Assembly (NCBI RefSeq): GCF_002287215.1
Contig: NZ_LMVO01000023.1
Direction: 5' to 3' (one strand)
DNA: 24,000 nt
Origin: Methanocorpusculum parvum
Lineage (GTDB): Archaea; Halobacteriota; Methanomicrobia; Methanomicrobiales; Methanocorpusculaceae
Shown here: positions 8,020-16,139 of the stretch, in pieces
Layout of the letters: the number at the start of each line of letters is the position of its first letter
Position numbering within the stretch: the stretch's first letter is position 1
Position numbers and translations under genes: made by a program
The notes under the pieces: model-generated
Seen by the model: only the letters and a program-made list of their open reading frames with translations
Databases searched by the model: none
Told to the model about the DNA's origin: nothing

Positions 8020-8091
8020 GTCCCGGTAGGGTAGAGGATATCCTAGAAGCCTGCGGAGCTTTTGACCGGGGTTCAAGTCCCCGCCGGGACG
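8020..8091 (+). tRNA. tRNA-Arg (anticodon GCG)
   Basis: Hand-folded cloverleaf. The acceptor stem is GTCCCGG/CCGGGAC with discriminator G. A D arm is present. The anticodon stem is GAAGC/GCTTT with loop CTGCGGA (U33, anticodon GCG, G37). The variable loop is 4 nt. The T arm is CGGGG-TTCAAGT-CCCCG. No CCA is encoded. Confidence 0.9.
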
Positions 8092-8096
8092 TATCA

Positions 8097-8130
8097 GCCG
8101 GTTTTGTTGAACCGGCAGCGTCCATTTTTT
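8097..8130 (+). terminator. hairpin plus T6 tract downstream of tRNA-Arg
   Basis: A perfect 7-bp inverted repeat GCCGGTT-ttgttg-AACCGGC (8097-8116) is followed by tttttt at 8125-8130. Confidence 0.45.
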
Positions 8131-8179
8131 CTGAGTTTTATGTTACTGTTATCTGCCGCTATTTACGGCAGCCGACTCC

Positions 8180-8199
8180 AAAAAAGAATTTAAAAAAAA
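8180..8199 (-). terminator. oligo-T tracts (T8 and T6 on minus strand) after the MoxR-operon terminal gene
   Basis: Plus-strand A6 (8180-8185) and A8 (8192-8199) lie 19-38 nt downstream of the stop at 8218. A CTGCCG-ctattta-CGGCAG hairpin lies just beyond at 8153-8171. Confidence 0.5.
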
Positions 8200-8217
8200 G
8201 ATTTTGTCTGTCCGTCG

Positions 8218-8994
8218 TCACTTCGCAGAATGCAGTGCAAAGGAGACGGTCAGCGCGGATCCGTCGAGAACGGCGCTGATGCTTTCCACATCGCGGCCCG
8301 AACCCTCGGCAAGGATCGAGGCCATCAGCGAACAGACCGGGCAGCCAACCATTGTACAGCACTTTGGCGACTGGGCCTGCAGAGCGGCGCAGGTCTTCTT
8401 CATCGCAAACTCCTCCAGAATTATGACGACGGATGTATCGGTAGTTTTGACCGTCACCTTTTCTGCCAGCGAAAGGGTATCGTTCATCACCTCGCTGATA
8501 CAGGTTCCGATCCTGTCGATGCTGCCTGTGGGTATGATCAGATTATCCTCGCGTTTCAGCTGAGAAAGGAGAGGACTGCCAAGCGCACGATACTGTACCC
8601 CGTTCCAGTTCTCGGTGGAAACAAACGTCAGATCGGTCAGGATCACGGGGATACTGCCTCCCGTCACCGGATTGATCTGGATGCACTCATCCGAAGGGAG
8701 ATAGCGGTGGATCGTGCTGCTCGTCACGCCGAGATCGGCAAAGACCGTGGCAAGATCAAGGGATCCGGCGACCGGCAGCATTTCGGTCAGTTTGACCGGA
8801 AGCGGCCGGCGGTCGGCGAGGGTCAGCAGAAGGATGCCGGTAATAAACAGCATAAATCCTGCAAGGAGCAGCAGAGCGCTGGTCATATCAGCGCGGTTGG
8901 TAAAGATATAGACAGTAAAGGTCAGGACCGCTGCGAGAAACAGTACGGCCGGCGCGAAGTAGACTGATGAGATCAGTGATGCTTTAAGTTTCAT
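8218..8994 (-). CDS. hypothetical membrane-anchored protein with C-terminal Cys-motif domain
   Basis: 258 aa. There are two N-terminal TM helices (VYFAPAVLFLAAVLTFTVYIF; LLLLAGFMLFITGILLLTL) and then a soluble domain ending ...KKTCAALQAQSPKCCTMVGCPVCSLMASILAEGSG.... An ATGA overlap links it to the upstream gene. It is the last gene of the operon. Confidence 0.6.
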   Translation of the reverse strand: MKLKASLISSVYFAPAVLFLAAVLTFTVYIFTNRADMTSALLLLAGFMLFITGILLLTLADRRPLPVKLTEMLPVAGSLDLATVFADLGVTSSTIHRYLPSDECIQINPVTGGSIPVILTDLTFVSTENWNGVQYRALGSPLLSQLKREDNLIIPTGSIDRIGTCISEVMNDTLSLAEKVTVKTTDTSVVIILEEFAMKKTCAALQAQSPKCCTMVGCPVCSLMASILAEGSGRDVESISAVLDGSALTVSFALHSAK

Positions 8995-9425
8995 GTATTT
9001 GTTCCCTCAACTTCTTTTTTCAGACGATAGGCTCGAACGAAGATCACATAGAGGACAGCGAGCGTAAAGATCCCGGCGGCCAGGACAGGAAGAACGACCG
9101 AAAGCTGCATGGAAAAGATGCCGCCCGCGACTCCTGTTCCTGCAGCCGCAAGAAGGATCTTTGTGTCCGTTTTCACTCCGGCTGCAGTGAGGACCGTTAT
9201 CATGACGCTGATGAGTAACAGGCCGGTAAAAACCGGCATGCCTGCGGTGAAAACGAGCGGGAACCCCGCTGCCGACAACAGCAGGACGCGCTGGTTTTGC
9301 GGAAGGGTGATGAAGGTGCAGAAAACAAAGGCCGCACCGATAATGCCGGCGATGATCCTCTGGTCGTTTGAGGCGCCGGCGACGGCGATGACTGCCGTGA
9401 TGAATGCAGGGATCCGCAGATCCAT
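8991..9425 (-). CDS. hypothetical polytopic membrane protein
   Basis: 144 aa, almost entirely hydrophobic helices (about 4-5 TM). It starts immediately after the DUF58 stop (9426) and overlaps the next gene by ATGA. Confidence 0.55.
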   Translation of the reverse strand: MDLRIPAFITAVIAVAGASNDQRIIAGIIGAAFVFCTFITLPQNQRVLLLSAAGFPLVFTAGMPVFTGLLLISVMITVLTAAGVKTDTKILLAAAGTGVAGGIFSMQLSVVLPVLAAGIFTLAVLYVIFVRAYRLKKEVEGTNT

Positions 9426-10691
9426 TCAGACCATCTCCACGACATCTGCTCCGGCGAGGGTGAACGCAGTTCTGACCTTCGTTTCCCGCGGCGTTCCTGC
9501 GGCGCCGGCGACGAACACCGTCGCATGCCGCTGATGTCTTTTCGTTTCATTGATCAGATAAGTCATATGGCTCAGATCTCCAAGTGCGGCGGTCACATAG
9601 GTGATATGCGTCTGCTTTGCCATTTCTGCAGAGATACTGCCCATCTTCGATTCGAAAGCAGTAGGCTTGCGGCCGGCACACTCCCGCATGATCTCGCGGA
9701 CCCTCAGTTCGGTTTTGGTCGGATCCCTTGAAGTGATCATCGTCTCCCTGACAAGGGAAGACGGGTGACGCAGTCGGAAGAGATGTTCGCCGGTGGTGGT
9801 GTTTTCCGTCTCTTTGAGTTTTTCCAGGATCACACTGGTCTTCCCGGAGCTGATGATCTCAGGATCAGCTGCTCCTTTGAAGAAGACCACCGGGAAATTT
9901 TCCCCGATGTTGAGGCTTTCAAGAGCGCCGACGGCGGTTTCCGCAAAATGCAGGCGCAGTTCATCCGCTGTTCCCTCAGGCGGCAGATCGATGAACAGAG
10001 CCGGCAGACCACCGGATGCATCCATCTTCAGACGGACGTAGAGCTCCTGATGTTTTCCGGAGAGTTTCCAGTCGATGTTACGGACACTGTCTCCTTCGGC
10101 GTAGGGACGAAGGATCCGGGTGTCATAGCCTGAAATGAGAGCAGGCCGGTCAAACTCCACGGCTCTCCACCCCGACCCCTGACCGACGGCAAAGTGCGTG
10201 GCTGTGATGCCGGTTGGATACATCGTAAGTTTCGGCAGCTCTGCGCCGCGTGCGATCAGCAGGGTCTGCGTGAAAAACTGATCACGGCAGGTTGCCCTGA
10301 CTCCCTGAAAATAGGAGGAGCCGATCACCGGGAGTCTGAACCTGTAGGATGCCCGGCCGGCGGTGAATGCCGGCGAGCCTGAGACAAGGAGCGCTCCCGG
10401 CGGCAGAACGTCATCGAACGAGGCGGTCAGGCGGCCGGTCACGGCAGTGATCGCGGATGTGATGCTGATGAGCCCGTTCTGATCCACAACGGTCCTGTCG
10501 GCTTCACGGACAACGGTCAGCGAGAGGGCAAGACTGCGCAGGTTTGTCTGAAAGATGCCGGCGGAAAGCGAAACAAACACCAAAAGTCCAAGGCCCGCCG
10601 CCGCCGCCTCTGCTGAGTTCATCATCCATGCATACATGAAAGAGAGCAGGCTGAAAAGCAGAAGGAGTCCGGTCAGCAGTGTTGGACGCAT
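9426..10691 (-). CDS. DUF58 domain-containing protein (vWA-like MoxR partner)
   Basis: 421 aa. It has two N-terminal TM helices and the DUF58 signature block ILRPYAEGDSVRNIDWKLSGKHQELYVRLK. It sits 3 nt downstream of the MoxR gene, which is the canonical MoxR-DUF58 pairing. Confidence 0.85.
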   Translation of the reverse strand: MRPTLLTGLLLLFSLLSFMYAWMMNSAEAAAAGLGLLVFVSLSAGIFQTNLRSLALSLTVVREADRTVVDQNGLISITSAITAVTGRLTASFDDVLPPGALLVSGSPAFTAGRASYRFRLPVIGSSYFQGVRATCRDQFFTQTLLIARGAELPKLTMYPTGITATHFAVGQGSGWRAVEFDRPALISGYDTRILRPYAEGDSVRNIDWKLSGKHQELYVRLKMDASGGLPALFIDLPPEGTADELRLHFAETAVGALESLNIGENFPVVFFKGAADPEIISSGKTSVILEKLKETENTTTGEHLFRLRHPSSLVRETMITSRDPTKTELRVREIMRECAGRKPTAFESKMGSISAEMAKQTHITYVTAALGDLSHMTYLINETKRHQRHATVFVAGAAGTPRETKVRTAFTLAGADVVEMV

Positions 10692-10694
10692 GGA

Positions 10695-11660
10695 TCATTT
10701 CACCGGCACGGTTTGAAGGATATCATCAATGACTGAATCCACAGTAATTTTGCTCAGGGCCGATTCGCGTTTCATGATGATACGGTGAGCGAATGCAAAC
10801 GGCACGAGATATTTGACATCGTCAGGGATGACATACGCGCGTCCCTGGATCGCAGCATTGGCCATGGCGCTGCGCAGCAGAGCTAGGGACCCCCGCGTGC
10901 TGATGCCGAGTTTTATATCGGGATGATTTCTGGTGGCTTCGACGAGATCGCCGATGTAGGAAAGGATGTCGTCGCTTGCATAGACGGATCTGACCATCGC
11001 CTGCATGGCGAGGATCTCAGAAGGATCTTCGACAAGCTTGTCTTTGGAATCGAGGATCCCGGGATTGAGGGATCCTGCCATCCCTTTCTTCAGAACAGAG
11101 ACCTCTTCCGCGACATCCAGATGCTTGATCCGGTAACTGAGCGTGAACCGGTCTTTTTGCGACTCGATAAGGTTGAACGTTCCTTCCATCTCATACGGGT
11201 TCTGGGTCGCGATGACGATGAACGGCGCGGGGAGGCAGATGGTTTCGTTGTCGATCGTGACCTGACGCTCGGCGAGCGCTTCGAGGAGAGCGCCCTGTGC
11301 TTTGGGCGTCATCCGGTTGATCTCATCAACGAGGAAGAGGTTTGAAAAGATCGGACCTTTTGAGAAGATGAATTTGTTCGTATCCTGCTGATACTTCTGG
11401 ACACCGATGACGTCCATTGGGAGAATGTCGACCGCACCCTGCAGGCGGCCGAAGTCTCCGCCGATGTTTTGCGCAAAGAATTTGCACAGTGTGGTCTTTG
11501 CAGTCCCGGGGACCCCTTCCATAAGAAGAGCGCCGTCACTGAGTAATGCAATGGTCAGAAGATCCATCAGGTCGTCATACCCGATAATGCACTGATGCAG
11601 TCGTTTTTTGAGATCGTCGTGGAAGGTGCGTATGGTATCAATGTTTTGCTTTTCTGTCAT
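10695..11660 (-). CDS. moxR: MoxR-family AAA+ ATPase
   Basis: 321 aa. Walker A is GVPGTAKT and Walker B is LFLVDEINRMTPKAQGALLEALAERQVTI. VIATQNPYEMEGTFNLIESQKDRF and the C-terminal lid (GISTRGSLALLRSAMANAAIQGRAYVIPDDV) are typical MoxR blocks. Confidence 0.92.
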   Translation of the reverse strand: MTEKQNIDTIRTFHDDLKKRLHQCIIGYDDLMDLLTIALLSDGALLMEGVPGTAKTTLCKFFAQNIGGDFGRLQGAVDILPMDVIGVQKYQQDTNKFIFSKGPIFSNLFLVDEINRMTPKAQGALLEALAERQVTIDNETICLPAPFIVIATQNPYEMEGTFNLIESQKDRFTLSYRIKHLDVAEEVSVLKKGMAGSLNPGILDSKDKLVEDPSEILAMQAMVRSVYASDDILSYIGDLVEATRNHPDIKLGISTRGSLALLRSAMANAAIQGRAYVIPDDVKYLVPFAFAHRIIMKRESALSKITVDSVIDDILQTVPVK

Positions 11661-12502
11661 AAGCGGAATCTCCGGATGCCGATAACGGCTGTTAGAATGA
11701 AAAGAATGGTTATGAGGATGGTCCCAAGGGCAGGATATCTGTGCATCGCCCCAAGAAGAGGGCAGAGCCCCCCGCCTGATGTCGATGCCGAGTTGGTCTG
11801 ATCGATTATGAGCTCCTCTTCGAGGAGAGCATTGATGAACTGGATATTTTCGGTGTGGGTACGGACAAGCATACTGTTGATAAAGACCGATGGATCAGCA
11901 ATGACGATGACACGACCAGTACTAATAGTTTCTGATGCGATAAGAGAATAAACTTTCAGTGGTTCAGAGGCGTCGGGGATGTTGTTTTTGTTGGCGTCGA
12001 CCCAGGAGAGATGGGAAGTTGCGGCGACGGTCTCGCCGCCGGTGACATACCCCGGGTAGTTGAAGGTGAGGGTGGTGACATTGGATCCAAAAAGATCGCC
12101 CTCTACCGTGCCGCGGAAAATGCCCATGTCTTTGTACTCCATGCTGGTTGATCTGACCGGCTGATCATGGACCCGGATGGAGCTGCCGATCTGTTCAAGA
12201 AAAATGTTGGCATTTCCACTCTGGTCGGCGATGATGACGGTGTTTCCCTCGTAAAGATACCGGGAAAGCCCGCCGAATTCAGTGCCCGGCGCGATGATAA
12301 GCAGGGTGCTCCCGCTGCCGGCAGGCAGATCGTCGTAGCTGAAAACTGATGGTTTGTCCGCTGCAAGGCCGAAGAAGTCCGAGGTCCCGTTCCAGTTGAT
12401 GTTGTACCGGCTGTATTCATCGCTTGTCGTGGCAAGCTGACCGGCCAGGATCAGTCCGGCAAGGAGTATCAGGATCAGGGCTGCAGCGACGCGTTTGTTC
12501 AT
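11657..12502 (-). CDS. DUF4350-like domain protein (N- and C-terminal TM anchors)
   Basis: 281 aa. An N-terminal signal/anchor helix is followed by a central domain with WNGTSDF, STLLIIAPGTEF, NTVIIADQSG and VIVIADPSVFINSML, and then a C-terminal TM helix. The pattern and operon position match DUF4350 as I remember it (unverified). Confidence 0.7.
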   Translation of the reverse strand: MNKRVAAALILILLAGLILAGQLATTSDEYSRYNINWNGTSDFFGLAADKPSVFSYDDLPAGSGSTLLIIAPGTEFGGLSRYLYEGNTVIIADQSGNANIFLEQIGSSIRVHDQPVRSTSMEYKDMGIFRGTVEGDLFGSNVTTLTFNYPGYVTGGETVAATSHLSWVDANKNNIPDASEPLKVYSLIASETISTGRVIVIADPSVFINSMLVRTHTENIQFINALLEEELIIDQTNSASTSGGGLCPLLGAMHRYPALGTILITILFILTAVIGIRRFRL

Positions 12503-14043
12503 GTGTTCTCTTTAAGGATCTTGGCTGCAAGTTCAGCGAGGCTGGCGATGTCTTCAGGTGTGGAACCGGGAGAGTAGCGGACCTTTTCGTAGAGGGCGAC
12601 ATACTTTTTGATCAGCTCGCTCGGATTATCCGGATCAATAAGCTCTCTGGGTGAGAGGGCTTCGCTTGAACCAAGGAGGCCGCGGTTTTTGGCAATCGCG
12701 GCAGCCACAATTCTGAACTGCTCTGCGGCCCCTGCATTTGGATCCAGGCTGACCGTTTCAGAAGCCTGGACACGCGTCTGCGTCTGTTCCGGCTCTGCCG
12801 GCTGTTTTTCTGCTTTGGGAGCGTCGGATTTTTCACTGAACGAAGCTACGGGCACAAACTGCTCTTCTTTAGGCTTGGGAGCAGGCGTCTTTGGCACTGC
12901 CGTCTCCTGATTTGCCGGAGATTTTTTGCCGTTTCGTTTTTTCGAGCGGATGGAGAAGGCAACTGCAACGAGACCGACAGCGAAAACACTGATGATGATG
13001 ATGATCGGAACGATAAATCCTGCGCCGTCATCTTCTGTTTCGTCCGGGATGATCACCTCAGGGGTGGGCGTTTCTGCAAGGTTCGTCTGTGTCGGTGCGG
13101 CTGTCAGCGTCGTCTGAGGCATGGTGACGGTCTGCACCGGGGTCTCCGCAGGAGTTTCTGCTGGGGTTTCTGCTGGAGTTTCTGTCGGTGCCGTTGTCGG
13201 GAGGAGTGCAGCATCCGCCGAGAGCCGAGCGAGCACTTCGGCCGCACTGCCGAGCATATCCGCAGCCGTCAGCGGATCACCGCCGTTCTGCAGGGAATCG
13301 GCCGCGGTCCTAAGACTGGAGACGGTCAGGTTCAGTTCATCGGTGAGAGCGGCGGGCGCCAAATCAGCGGCAAGCCGGTCCCTTATGAGCGAAAGATCAT
13401 CGATATGCTGCGAAAGCTGCCCGCCGGCGGCTGAGATGTCCGGTGAACCTGCGGAAAGGGAGGCCGCCGTGTTCTCAAGTGATTGGGAGACGGCTGCAAG
13501 ACGAAGGAGAGATGTTTCCAGAAGCGGGAGATCATACTCGAATTCATCCGGATTTTTGCCGGCCCATGTATAGGTAGAGGTCAGGGTATTTCTGATGCCC
13601 AAAACATCGGTCTCTGCCTGCGTCAGAGCAGAAACCGCCGCTGAAGTATCCGCACCCTCGATAAGAAGATCGGCTGCAGAGGTGTCGAGACTGTTTTTGA
13701 GCCGGATAAGGTCCTGGACCTCGGAAGAAGCGAGCGGAGTTCCGGCCAAAACGGTGCGGACGGAGTCGATATCCGCCGAGATCAGGCTGATCTCAGCGGC
13801 AGCGGCATGTGGATCCCCGGTTTTCAGAGAAGCTGCGGTGCTGTTCAATGCGGCGGCGAGAGCAGAAAGTTCCGCTGAGGGGCCAGTCGTCTGGACAGGG
13901 TCTGTCTCTTCGGCTGCGGCAGAGCCGGAGAAACCGCCGGCTAAGAAAAGCGTGAGGATCAGCAGAAGAACTGCCGATCTTTGAACGATCCCGGGTATGC
14001 CGGATCGTTTCGTGGTCAGAAACTTATGTTGAGCATGTGTCAT
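12499..14043 (-). CDS. membrane protein with Ala-rich repeated helical ectodomain and C-terminal DUF4129-like domain
   Basis: 514 aa. The architecture is N-terminal anchor, four related ~40-aa helical modules, a (P-A-E-T)n linker, a TM helix (GFIVPIIIIISVFAVGLVAVAF), a Lys/Pro-rich linker and a C-terminal block SPRELID...LIKKYVALYEKVRYSPGS resembling DUF4129. ATGA overlaps occur at both ends. Confidence 0.7.
   Translation of the reverse strand: MTHAQHKFLTTKRSGIPGIVQRSAVLLLILTLFLAGGFSGSAAAEETDPVQTTGPSAELSALAAALNSTAASLKTGDPHAAAAEISLISADIDSVRTVLAGTPLASSEVQDLIRLKNSLDTSAADLLIEGADTSAAVSALTQAETDVLGIRNTLTSTYTWAGKNPDEFEYDLPLLETSLLRLAAVSQSLENTAASLSAGSPDISAAGGQLSQHIDDLSLIRDRLAADLAPAALTDELNLTVSSLRTAADSLQNGGDPLTAADMLGSAAEVLARLSADAALLPTTAPTETPAETPAETPAETPVQTVTMPQTTLTAAPTQTNLAETPTPEVIIPDETEDDGAGFIVPIIIIISVFAVGLVAVAFSIRSKKRNGKKSPANQETAVPKTPAPKPKEEQFVPVASFSEKSDAPKAEKQPAEPEQTQTRVQASETVSLDPNAGAAEQFRIVAAAIAKNRGLLGSSEALSPRELIDPDNPSELIKKYVALYEKVRYSPGSTPEDIASLAELAAKILKENT
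13136..13195. repeat. 12-nt tandem repeat (about 4-5 copies) inside the 514-aa gene
   Basis: The plus strand reads gcaggagtttct (13148-13159), gctggggtttct (13160-13171) and gctggagtttct (13172-13183), with degenerate flanking copies. This encodes TETPAETPAETPAETPVQT on the minus strand. Confidence 0.8.
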
Positions 14044-15749
14044 GTATAGCCCTCAATGATCTGTTTAGAAAGACGCTCCAGATGTTTTATCTGGTCGTGA
14101 CCTGCCGAAACGTTCGCATAATGGAGATACTCATACGTTGATATAAACTCTTTGATGTTCTCGTTTGGTGCGGAAAGCGCGGCCAATAACTCCCGCGGTG
14201 TCAGAACGGCAACGTTTGCTATCCCTGATTTTCCTGCAAGGAAGACCGAGGTCTTCCTGTAGAGGCGGCGAAGAGGATCCGCATCAGGATCCTCTTTTTT
14301 AGTGACGGCGTCACGGATCTTTTTCAACGGCCCGGAAGATTTAGGCGCTGGTTCGAGGGTCAGCGGCGGAGCTTTTCCGGAGGCGTATTTTGGTCTCCGT
14401 TTTACGACGAAACGAATCCCCAAAACGAGAAGAACGCCGCAGGCGGCGATAAGTATGATATAATATATGGTCGGATCAAGTATCGTGACCGGATAGAGTT
14501 CACTCATGCTTTCCTCGAGAGGGAAGGAGACGTCGTCAAATATTGCGTAGAACGCGTAGCCTCCGTCGATGAGCTCAGCCGAGACATTCCAGATCCCGTT
14601 TGCATTGGTGATGCCTGTCCCGATGAGGATATGATCTTCAGAGTAGACAGTTACCGGCGCTCCGACGACCGGGAGGTCGTCTTCAGTCAAGAGCGAGCCG
14701 TAAAGCGTGAGTTTTCGGTGGAGTTCGCCGTTTTCCTGCTGATCTTTGAGGATAGCAACGACCGAGGGCTGTGAGAGGATCGTGATATAGACCGGTTTGG
14801 AGGTGATGCCGCCCGACTGAGCGGTGACCGCGTGGATGCCTTCGGCTATCCTGCCGATCTTCAGTTTTTTCGTGTAGTATCCGGCACTGTCGACCGATGC
14901 TGTTCCCCAGAGGGTGGTGTCCCAGTAGATGTCAAGGCTCCCCTGAGTTCCCCGTGCGATGCCCGAGATCGTGAGGGTATCGCCGTAGCGTGCGATCGAA
15001 GGATCGACCGAGATGGTGATGGATCCGGAGGTGTCTGTCGTGGTCCCGGAGGTGTCGATAATGACGATATTTCCTTGTGCATCTGTCGTGACGGTGAGTT
15101 TTCCCGAAGTGGCGGCAATTATGACCTGGCTTAGGAGCGGGACCGAAGACTGGAGTTTGGCCGGATCGAGCCCGTAGGCGGCCGAGATCTGCTGCATGAT
15201 CTCTGCAGATCCTGCGTAGTTTTCTGCGGTCAGGGCAAGTTCGCTGTAAATGAGTTTGGATTCTGCTGCAAGTTCATACAGGCCCGGGGAGTTTCCTTCG
15301 GATGCATACTGACGTCTGAGGTGGTCTATCTCTGCAAGACGCACCACATCCCCCTGGATAATCCTGATGGATGTTCCAAGAGCAGCCGATTCTTTTCGGA
15401 ACTGGTTTATCTCGGTCTGGGTGAGTTTGATCTTTCCCAGATTGGTCCCAAGCCGGCTGACCGTATTTTCATATGCGGCGAGATACCGGGCTGCATACTC
15501 GGGATCATTGAGATAGAGCTGATAGACCGCATCATAGGAAAGGCCGATGATATCTCCCATGAGAGGAAGAATGGTCTCGGCCTCTTCGGTCGTCATGACG
15601 GCGATCGTGGAGGGGTCAGCGTGGCTGGAGGTGTTGGTATGTCCCTCGGCAGCGTAGAGAAGCGTTCCCCCGCCCGCAACGAGCGTGATCAGCATGACGG
15701 CCGCAATAACGGCGAGGAGTGCGGCGGCGGCGGCGGGGTTTGCCTTCAT
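14040..15749 (-). CDS. membrane protein with Ig-like/CarboxypepD_reg-like ectodomains and C-terminal DUF4129-like domain
   Basis: 569 aa from the ATG at 15749 (MKANPAAAAALLAVIAAVMLITLVAGG...). A helical region is followed by beta-rich modules (SITISVDPSIARYGDTLTISG...; VVGAPVTVYSEDHILIGTGITNANGIWNVSAELIDGGYAF), a TM helix (YYIILIAACGVLLVLGIRFVV) and a C-terminal block TPRELLAAL...FISTYEYLHYANVS (DUF4129-like). The track ORF extends to 15968, but that extension is His/Arg-rich and overlaps the upstream gene. Confidence 0.7.
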   Translation of the reverse strand: MKANPAAAAALLAVIAAVMLITLVAGGGTLLYAAEGHTNTSSHADPSTIAVMTTEEAETILPLMGDIIGLSYDAVYQLYLNDPEYAARYLAAYENTVSRLGTNLGKIKLTQTEINQFRKESAALGTSIRIIQGDVVRLAEIDHLRRQYASEGNSPGLYELAAESKLIYSELALTAENYAGSAEIMQQISAAYGLDPAKLQSSVPLLSQVIIAATSGKLTVTTDAQGNIVIIDTSGTTTDTSGSITISVDPSIARYGDTLTISGIARGTQGSLDIYWDTTLWGTASVDSAGYYTKKLKIGRIAEGIHAVTAQSGGITSKPVYITILSQPSVVAILKDQQENGELHRKLTLYGSLLTEDDLPVVGAPVTVYSEDHILIGTGITNANGIWNVSAELIDGGYAFYAIFDDVSFPLEESMSELYPVTILDPTIYYIILIAACGVLLVLGIRFVVKRRPKYASGKAPPLTLEPAPKSSGPLKKIRDAVTKKEDPDADPLRRLYRKTSVFLAGKSGIANVAVLTPRELLAALSAPNENIKEFISTYEYLHYANVSAGHDQIKHLERLSKQIIEGYT

Positions 15750-16012
15750 TTTGCGATGATCTCCACGATTTTTATGATGATGATGAAGGCAAAGATGCCG
15801 ACGCCTGCAATGCCGATAAGGCGCTGCCAGCGGGCGCTTTTCGGCCGGAGAGTGGTGACGACGAAGAACTCGGTGATGATCAGAAAGCCGATCAGCCAGA
15901 GTACAAAAAAGATCTCGATATTGATGGTCCGAGCAAGTATCATGATCGAAGCAACGGTCCCCATCCATGCAAGGAGAAGGGATGCGGCGATCAGAGTTTT
16001 TGACGGAGCCAT
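15746..16012 (-). CDS. hypothetical small membrane protein (3 TM), first gene of the MoxR operon
   Basis: 88 aa with three hydrophobic helices. It has an ATGA overlap with the next gene (15746-15749). Confidence 0.5.
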   Translation of the reverse strand: MAPSKTLIAASLLLAWMGTVASIMILARTINIEIFFVLWLIGFLIITEFFVVTTLRPKSARWQRLIGIAGVGIFAFIIIIKIVEIIAK

Positions 16013-16026
16013 GGGTAGTTAACTGT

Positions 16027-16038
16027 TATTGATTTAAG
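16027..16038 (-). promoter_or_regulatory. TATA-box-like element (TTAAATCAATAA on minus strand) upstream of the MoxR operon
   Basis: It starts 25 nt upstream of the ATG at 16012. The spacing is slightly short, so this is only a tentative call. Confidence 0.3.
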
Positions 16039-16084
16039 GAGGGTAATAGGTTTTGGTTTGGATCGTCCGGGAAGCGGCGGAAAG

Positions 16085-16091
16085 AAAAAAA
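16085..16091 (-). terminator. oligo-T (T7 on minus strand) downstream of acr3
   Basis: Plus-strand A7 lies 49-55 nt beyond the acr3 stop. This is the only strong T-tract in the 127-bp spacer. Confidence 0.4.
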
Positions 16092-16139
16092 GAGGGGCGG
16101 TTGTGTTCTCCTGACCAGCACCCTGACGTAGGGTTATGA

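Noticed and set aside
7749-8029. Two 69-aa plus-strand ORFs upstream of and running into tRNA-Arg
   Set aside because: They have low-complexity Arg/Gly/Ser/Cys composition. One runs into the tRNA gene. They lie in a promoter/spacer region with no supporting signals.
8230-8967. 245-aa plus-strand ORF
   Set aside because: It is antisense to the 258-aa membrane-protein gene that is operon-coupled by an ATGA overlap. It has the Arg/Gly/Asp/Lys/Gln-rich composition of a shadow frame.
15321-16022. 233-aa plus-strand ORF, and the 15750-15968 extension of the 642-aa minus ORF
   Set aside because: The plus ORF is antisense to two coupled operon genes. The minus extension (His/Arg/Cys-rich) overlaps the 88-aa membrane-protein gene out of frame, whereas the ATG at 15749 gives a normal signal-anchor N-terminus and an ATGA junction.
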